From the human T2T-CHM13v2.0 reference genome, Homo sapiens, in the NCBI RefSeq assembly GCF_009914755.1, contig NC_060944.1: a DNA stretch of 64,000 nucleotides; one strand, given 5' to 3'. Under the pieces are notes generated by a model, which was given only the letters and a program-made list of their open reading frames with translations, made no database searches and was not told where the DNA came from. The position numbers were made by a program, and so were the translations under genes. Each line of letters starts with the position of its first letter. The stretch's first letter is position 1. Below, piece after piece: positions 56,131-64,000 of the stretch.

Positions 56131-57096
56131 TTTGTCAAAAATAAGTAACTATTTCTGTGACCACACTAGAGGTATCCTCGCGAAGGTGGAAATTCAATTC
56201 CATGTATTCCTCACTTCTAGCCCTTAATAACTCATGTTAGAAAATTTCCCAACACAAATGCATCCCAAACCCATCTTTCTCTGTCACTTAGCCTCAGTTT
56301 TCACTTGTCTTCTGTCTATATTCCTTTTCTGCGTAAGTTGTATCACGCAAATTTTAGATTTTGTGGCTTTTTTCCAGTTTCTTTGAGTTTTCTGTGTTCT
56401 CCAATGTTATGTGCTTCAGGAGAGAAGGCTCAAAGCTTTGCTCTCCTTAAATTCAAGTGTAAATGGGAGGCATGGGTGTTGAGAGTGATCTCCTATAACT
56501 GATCTCATGGTGTTTCCTTCTTGTCTTGCCCGTTTAATTCAGCGCTGTGATTCTGACTCAGCCAGCAGTCATTCTGTGAACTCTAGATCTTCTCTGCCTA
56601 TTTTCACAATTTTTTGTTTTATTTTTAATGCTGCCTGTTTCTCTTCTTCAGTGTATTTACTAACTCAAACTTTTCCTGAAGCTCTTTGCTTGATTAATAG
56701 CTGTCATCAACTTACAAAAACCACTGCCACCATCAGGCTCTCTGGAGGTTGAGTCATTTCAGTCCCACCCACATCCTGGTGCAGGTCCCCCTTAGAGGGA
56801 TGTGTTTGGGGATGGCTGGAGGGCTCTACCAGCCTGGGCTTCTGTGTTTGACACTCCCACACACTGAGGCACCTGCTGTTTCTGCCCACACTAGGATCAT
56901 GTTTACTTTGCAGAGGGTGCACCAGGGACCTCTGTATAATCATAGTCCTCCTGCTGTGAGATGGGTAATGTTCACTATGATTCATCCCTTCAACTCTAAT
57001 GCCAGGATGGGGCAGTAGCTATTGGTAAGGCTGATGTTCCTTCCAGTTACAGTTACAAATAAATGCTTGTTTGTCTGGAGTTTCCTTTTGATATAA

Positions 57097-57453
<357 letters not shown>

Positions 57454-57579
57454 TAATAGAAGCATTCACTATTCACTTTGAAAAATCCCAGACGTTAAAG
57501 AACAAGTACCTTAATACTCTAACAACTCTGCTGTGGGTACTATTCTTGTTACTAAGGTACTAATTATAAAGTATCTTTT

Positions 57580-57790
57580 ATTTATTGAGCACTTAGCATG
57601 TGCTGGGCTTCCTGCTAATAAATCATTTAATCCTTACAAGAGCCCTATGAGGTAGGAGCTGTTACTAACCCCATCTTATAGATGAGGACATGGAGATTCA
57701 GAGATGTGAAGTAACTTGCCCAGGATCTCATAGCCAGTAAAGGACTTGCTAGGACTCAAACTCAAGGCTTCTTCCCAAGTCCATGCTCAC
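57580..57790 (-). mobile_element. MIR
   Basis: ccctatgaggtagg...cccatcttatagatgagga...gtaacttgcccagg. Confidence 0.9.
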
Positions 57791-58799
57791 AGACATCTCT
57801 TCTCTTAGGACAAAACCAGATTTCTGATCTATGGCAATGAACTTTTGCAAAGGCCAGAACTTAAGTCTACCTTACAAGGTAACATATTTGAAAGTAAAAC
57901 TGTGTTGCCTGCATTGCACAGAACTGATGTTAGAATACCTTTGCGAAAACTGCTTTGAGAACCAGCATGTGTAACATAAGAAAATCAATTTTCTTTTGTA
58001 GACAAACCTTGCCTTTCACCCCAGGCCATGTTATCCTGCTTGATCACCTACATTATTTACAGATTTCACTCCTCATGCCTCTTAACAGTTTCTAAAAAGG
58101 AGATTCTGTCCCCTGAGGATGGAGATTTGTCACCAATGAGGACATTCATAAGAAGCTTCCAGAGGGAGTGAAGATGACTCCTAAGGGGCTCCAACAGGTT
58201 CTCAGCGATGTCATTTTACAAATAAGAGCTCGGCCCTTGGGGTGATTACTTTAAAGGGGAAGTGCTCGGCTGTATCAGTACATTCTAGTGTGTTTGTTTA
58301 CAATCCATTCTCTGACTTCATAGATATACTTAATGTCGACTTGATATGGAATGAAATCTGTTTACAAAAATCCACATCTAACAAAACTTCTATGGCATAT
58401 GGAAAAACGCCAGACTTTCCTCATCTATTACAGATGTTACCTTCTCTGGGAAAGGCTTATTGCAAATGTCAACACTGAAACTGGCTCTGTTTTGATAGAA
58501 ATCTTGTTCTGTTTCTCTTTAAATCTAAGAACTACCAAATATTGACTTGTTGATTTGGACAGATTGTGGGAGGCCCACAATCTCCTCTTGAAGGAAAAAG
58601 GATCAGGTTTCTGCTTCCCCAGGAAACGGGGAATTATCTCTCTGCTGAATATGTATGTATCAAGCAACCCTCTGGTGTCATTTTTAAAGTGCTTATATTT
58701 TTCTTACGCGTAAGGTTGACGTTTGAAGCATCATCTTAATTAGCTGCTCACATTTAATGTGACTTGGCCGCAGTAAACAGTCGTAATCAAAATAGCAAT

Positions 58800-58813
58800 G
58801 TTGCCATAGCAAC
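58800..58813. promoter_or_regulatory. RFX X-box motif
   Basis: GTTGCCATAGCAAC is 13/14 to the palindromic X-box GTTGCCATGGCAAC and fits GTTRCCATRGYAAC. Confidence 0.7.
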
Positions 58814-59398
58814 CAAGATCCAACTCAATTGCTTTTCCTTTCTACTCACAAGTGCTGCTTACCATCTAGGCAAGGATATGAAACAAATCTACTGAAACCT
58901 CGTGTGTGAAATGAAAGTTTAAAAACCACTGGGGAAAAACATCCCTGAATGATTGTTTTAAGTGTTTCAGTGAAGCTCCTGGCTCCAAATGGCTCCTGAA
59001 GGAAATTGCCTCCCTGGTTCTCTTGTCTGACAGCTTTGCCTCCTGAGAGCTGTTCCCCACACGTGGACGGGATCGGGGGAACCATAGATTTATTCCAGCT
59101 GAAGCTGCAAGGTCCAGAAAGTGGGAGAGTTGATCCAGATAATTCCCCATGGCTTTTCTAGCTATAAAGTGTTAGGTTCCGATCCTTTAACTTGGTTATT
59201 TCTTTATTGCAAAATGCAAAACCACGCTGTTTTAAAACAAGCCTCGGGGTAAGCCTCAGTTTCATGGAAAAGAAGACAGAGGATTATTAATCATTTTTAT
59301 GCTGTAAGCCGGTAGTTCCTAAATTTTTATTATCTGAATCCTTTAGGGAAGCCCTCGAACTCCCCTGCTCGGCCCATCATCACCAGCACTTGTTCTAA

Positions 59399-59406
59399 TG
59401 ACGTCA
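59399..59406. promoter_or_regulatory. Full CRE palindrome TGACGTCA
   Basis: Exact 8-mer with intact CpG in a CpG-retaining region. Confidence 0.5.
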
Positions 59407-59899
59407 AATGATAGCCATATGAAGATCATATTAGGGTTTTTTTTTTCTTTGTTGTTAATTATTGCATATCTTGGTATGAAGATCATATTAATGAAGAAAA
59501 TTAATGAGCAGATAGACCTTTTCTGTGTTCTAATTGCCAACCCCTTCTTCCAGTGATCCTGGAGACTTGGTCTTGGTCTCAATTTTCTCATCTGGAAAAT
59601 AAGACACAGTAGAGCTGGATATTTTCCCTGCTCTTGGATCCAGCTTGGTACATGACTTCTTTATTAAATAGAATAGAAAACCAGTATCACCTTTGGTAGT
59701 GATAAGCCGATGCCGTGAGGGTTGTTTTGCTTGAGAAAACAAAAACAAACCCTGTGGCTTCTCCGGAGGTCCTTGTTTCACCCTCACCTTCTTTTTATCG
59801 CTTTCCATGTAAGAGACGGAAATAATCTAATTGTGAGATTAATCAGAGAAATCAGACAAAAATGTTTTCTGTGTAATTCATTTTGTATGCCATTAAAAA

Positions 59900-60560
59900 G
59901 AAATAAGATAAAAAGAGAGAGTGAAAAAAAGTAGGAACATGGTCAATAATATGAATAAGCAGTTCACAGAAAAGGAAACACAAGTGGCCCCTAACTGTAT
60001 GAAAAGCAGCTCCGCCATAGAAGTTGTCAGGGAAATGGAAACCCAAATTGGAGATACAACTTTAGTGTCTGACAATATCAGAATTTGGCAAAGATGTGGA
60101 GAAACAGGAAAACCCAAACACTGCTGGTGGGGGTGTGATTGTTATTCTACAACCATTTTGGAGAGCAATTTGGCAGGATCTAGTCAAGTCGAAAATGCAC
60201 ATTCCCTTCGATTCCATAATTCTCCTTTTGGATGTATTTCCGGAGAAAGTCTCCTGATACATGTGCACAAGGCGGTATTTATCAGGAGGTTCACTGAGGC
60301 CTTATTTGTGATAGTGAAAATTAAATATAGCCTACCTGTCTATCAGAAAAGAATGGATGAAAAATAATGTAGCATGTTCCTATATTAGAATACTATAGAG
60401 CAGTTTTACATAATCAGCAATGGCTAAAAGTAAAACATCATAAAGTAGCATGCAAAACTTTGTATTTTGAAAACAAAATGCAAAACTTTGCATATTGAAA
60501 GTTAAAATGACTACCACACACAAAGCAACACTCTTGCATATGGATACATATATATGTGTG
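59900..60560 (+). mobile_element. L1ME-like ORF2 end and 3' UTR
   Basis: ORF 59921-60367 MNKQFTEKETQVA...HCWWGC...TTILESNLA resembles the L1 ORF2p C-terminus. Confidence 0.85.
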
Positions 60561-60603
60561 TGTATGTGTGTATATATTTATATGGTATCAAAAATGGGCT
60601 GAG

Positions 60604-60818
60604 GGCTGGGCACGGTGGCTCATGCCTGTAATCCCAGCACTTTGGGAGGCCGAGGCGGGCAGATCACTTGAGGCCAGGAGTTTGAGAACAGCCTGGCCAA
60701 CATGGCAAAATCCCCTCTCTACTGAAAATACAAAAATTAGCTGGATGCCAGCTACTAGGGTGGCTGAGGCACAAGAATCACTTGAACCCGGGAGGCAGAG
60801 ATTGCAATGAGCCAAGAT
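60604..60818 (+). mobile_element. Alu with internal deletion and 3' truncation
   Basis: ttagctggatgccagctact junction; ends at gagccaagat. Confidence 0.9.
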
Positions 60819-60852
60819 TAATTTTTAAAAAGTTGGGGAGGGGCTTTTGGTC

Positions 60853-60887
60853 AATGTCAAAACCACAACTACTTTTGCACCAACCTA
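60853..60887. mobile_element. Half MADE1 (Hsmar1 terminal inverted repeat)
   Basis: caaaaccacaactacttttgcaccaaccta versus remembered consensus caaaaaccgcaattacttttgcaccaaccta. Confidence 0.85.
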
Positions 60888-62023
60888 TAATATCTGTGAA
60901 GAAACAGTCAGCTTTAAGTGTTTCATAAGAAGAAAGTTTTGAAGCAAATAGGACAATGTGTTCATTGCCAATTTGGGGTGGTGTGAGCTTGGATGTTACA
61001 GTTCTCTGTTAATTTTTCAAGAAAAATATAAAATGCCAAAGTAGAAGATTGCTTACAAATCAGAACATTGGTCTTATTAAATTGCCCTGGCGCCTACTTT
61101 TAGGACTATTTACTAAACACACCTGTCTTTGTTTTTTTTCCGGCATTCATTTTATTCCTCCGTGGTGGCCTCTTAGAGGACCGCGTCCTCTGCTCATGGC
61201 ATCTGTGTGTCATTAGGATGAAGGGTGATAGCATATGCCACTTTCCCTCTGAGTGATTCATCCAGTTTGAACTTTCAGATATAAACAAGTACAGAGACTG
61301 TGGTTTCAAAAGCACCTGACCAAACCATCCATCCCTTTGAAATGTTAATTTGTATTAAATATCTTGATATCCACACACTCTCACTTTGTGAGGATGTGGT
61401 TTTGTCCTTTAAAGGAACAGTTGCAAATTCTAAAATATATGAATCGTGGAAGGCAGGGTTGCTATTAGGAAAAAGGAAGCTTAAGCTTATTGTTTTTCTG
61501 TAACTAATTTTATGTAACTAATAAGATAGGATGTAAGGTGCCCTAGAACTCCAACCCTGGTGTTACGACGCAGCAGGGAAAAGCCAGACTAAACCAGAAA
61601 GAGAACTCCAGCGAGGTGCCGATGGTTCAGAGTGAATCAGGGCCAATTCACTTGCTGGACAGTAACCAAAAGGTTTGTACAGCTAGGAAGTGGGAGAAAT
61701 GCCAGTGGTGAAAACAGGGAAAAGGAAAGGAGGATTGGCTTGGAGTGTCATAGGACAAATCCGTGGAGGTTTAGCCAAAAACAAAAGTCTGTAGACACCT
61801 TATTGTTTATAACATGGACTGGGATGATTTCCAGCATCAAATCTCAGCCCTCTGGGACATAACTGTGTGGTAGGAACTTTCCACTGTTAACCCAGGTATA
61901 TCAGCCCCACTCCTCCAGCACCAGGTTGCATAATGTGTCATAATACATGTATACATGTAATGAATTGTGTGATCAAGGGCCCTCTAGAAAATGAAAAGGG
62001 GTGCCATTAATAATTCATTGAGG

Positions 62024-62335
<312 letters not shown>

Positions 62336-62343
62336 TTCATTGA

Positions 62344-62458
62344 GGCTAGGGTGATGGCTTATGCCTGTAATCTCAGCACTTTGGGAGGCCGGAGCAGGAG
62401 GATCACCTGAGCCCAGGAATTCAAGACCAGCCTGGGCAACACAGCAAGACCCCGTCTC

Positions 62459-62506
<48 letters not shown>
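62344..62506 (+). mobile_element. FLAM monomer with (AAT)16 tail
   Basis: Left-arm monomer followed by a trinucleotide repeat at 62459-62506. Confidence 0.9.
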
Positions 62507-62793
62507 TAACTGAGACAACAGGCCTAAACCAGGACTGTCCTGGGCAAACTTTCCAGTCACTCTATTGAGTACCAGTCCCTCTAGTAAGAGCACACGTTTA
62601 TGGAAAGGAATGCCTGAAGTTGAAAGGTTAGCAGAAGTGTTTACCTGGCTTCTTAGTCTAGCCCCCACGCCCTCCAGAGCCTAACCCCATTTCTTCCTCT
62701 CTTGTAAGGATTCTCTGCACCTTCCAGACCACCTCTCACTAGGCTCTTGGGCATTCTCATGTCTGCACCTAGCACTGGGCTTCCCCTCCCTGA

Positions 62794-63164
<371 letters not shown>

Positions 63165-63559
63165 CCCAGTCCCAGCTTTACTTCTCATCCGGCTTTACTC
63201 TGCATTGCCTCCTGGAACTTGGCCATCCTTCACTGAGCTGAACCTGTGCCTTGGCTGGTCGATGCTCCATAATTATTGAGTATGAAAGGGAGGGACAAGT
63301 GGGCCACTTTGGAAGGCTGGTCCTTGCTTCTTTGCAGGAGTGGTCTCCAGGGGCAGCTGGCCAAGGAGGACAATACAGCACACAGACCAACTAGTATGGA
63401 CGTCTCATGCTCTCTAACAGTGGGGGACATTGTAGCACAGCACAAATCAACATGGCTGCCATCCGAATGCCACCTGATCTCTGGGAGCTTCAACACAAAT
63501 CTTCAGGAAAGATTATTGGAACCAAAGCTTTCTTAAACCACAACTATAAAGAATGTCTA

Positions 63560-63870
63560 TCCAGGAATGGTGGCTCATATTTGTAATCTCAGCTACTTGG
63601 GAGCCTGAGGCCAGAGGATCACTTAAGCCCAGGAGTTTGAGACCAGCCTGACCAACATGGTGAGACCCCATCTCTACAAAAAATTTTTAAATATTAGCTG
63701 GGCATCATGGTGGTGCATGCCTGCAGTTCTAGCTACTCAGGAGGCTGAGGTGGGAGGATCCCTTGAACCTAGGACTTCGAGGCTACAGTGATCTATGATC
63801 ATGCCACTCTGCTCTAGCTTAGGTAACAGAGTGAGACCCCTGTCTCCTTAAAAAAAAAAAAAAGAAAAGA
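63560..63870 (+). mobile_element. AluJ
   Basis: J-type dimer. Confidence 0.9.
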
Positions 63871-63881
63871 GAAGTCTACAC

Positions 63882-64000
63882 CAGCCGTTGTCCAATAAAA
63901 ATATTATGTGAGTAACATAGGTCATTTTAAATGTTCTAGTAGCTATAGTTTAAAACATAAAACAAAAAAGAAGAAAAAATAAAAACCTAAACTATTAATT
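63882..64000 (+). mobile_element. MER33-like hAT element, 5' part
   Basis: cagccgttgtccaataaaaatattatg...ttttaaatgttctagtagc. Confidence 0.7.

Overview
Human genomic DNA. A near-consensus, human-specific AluYb8 with intact TSDs at 62024-62335 fixes the species. The window is non-coding and repeat-dense: about 58 Alu/FLAM copies (roughly a quarter of the bases by eye), plus old L1, L2, MIR, MaLR/ERVL LTRs, hAT/TcMar DNA transposons and microsatellites. I found no convincing protein-coding exon or RNA gene. The long ORFs in the track are mostly Alu, L1 or microsatellite read-throughs, and the rest resemble nothing I recognise. The pattern fits a large intron, tentatively of a + strand gene (5 of 6 LTRs are on the - strand), but I cannot name the gene. 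I did not find a new multi-gene system. The most interesting signals are: (i) a CpG-retaining, motif-dense candidate internal or bidirectional promoter at about 58.6-59.4 kb (RFX X-box, forkhead, E-box, CRE, divergent 5' splice sites); (ii) several local DNA-copying events, namely an inverted Alu copy sharing private mutations with an Alu 2.3 kb away and two short unique-sequence duplications at about 1.45-1.53 kb offset near 43-45 kb; (iii) a non-Alu/non-L1 polyadenylated retro-insertion and a poly(A)-only insertion; (iv) a consensus CTCF site at 901-919. Repeat family names come from remembered consensus sequences and need RepeatMasker/Dfam confirmation. Boundaries of old elements are approximate.
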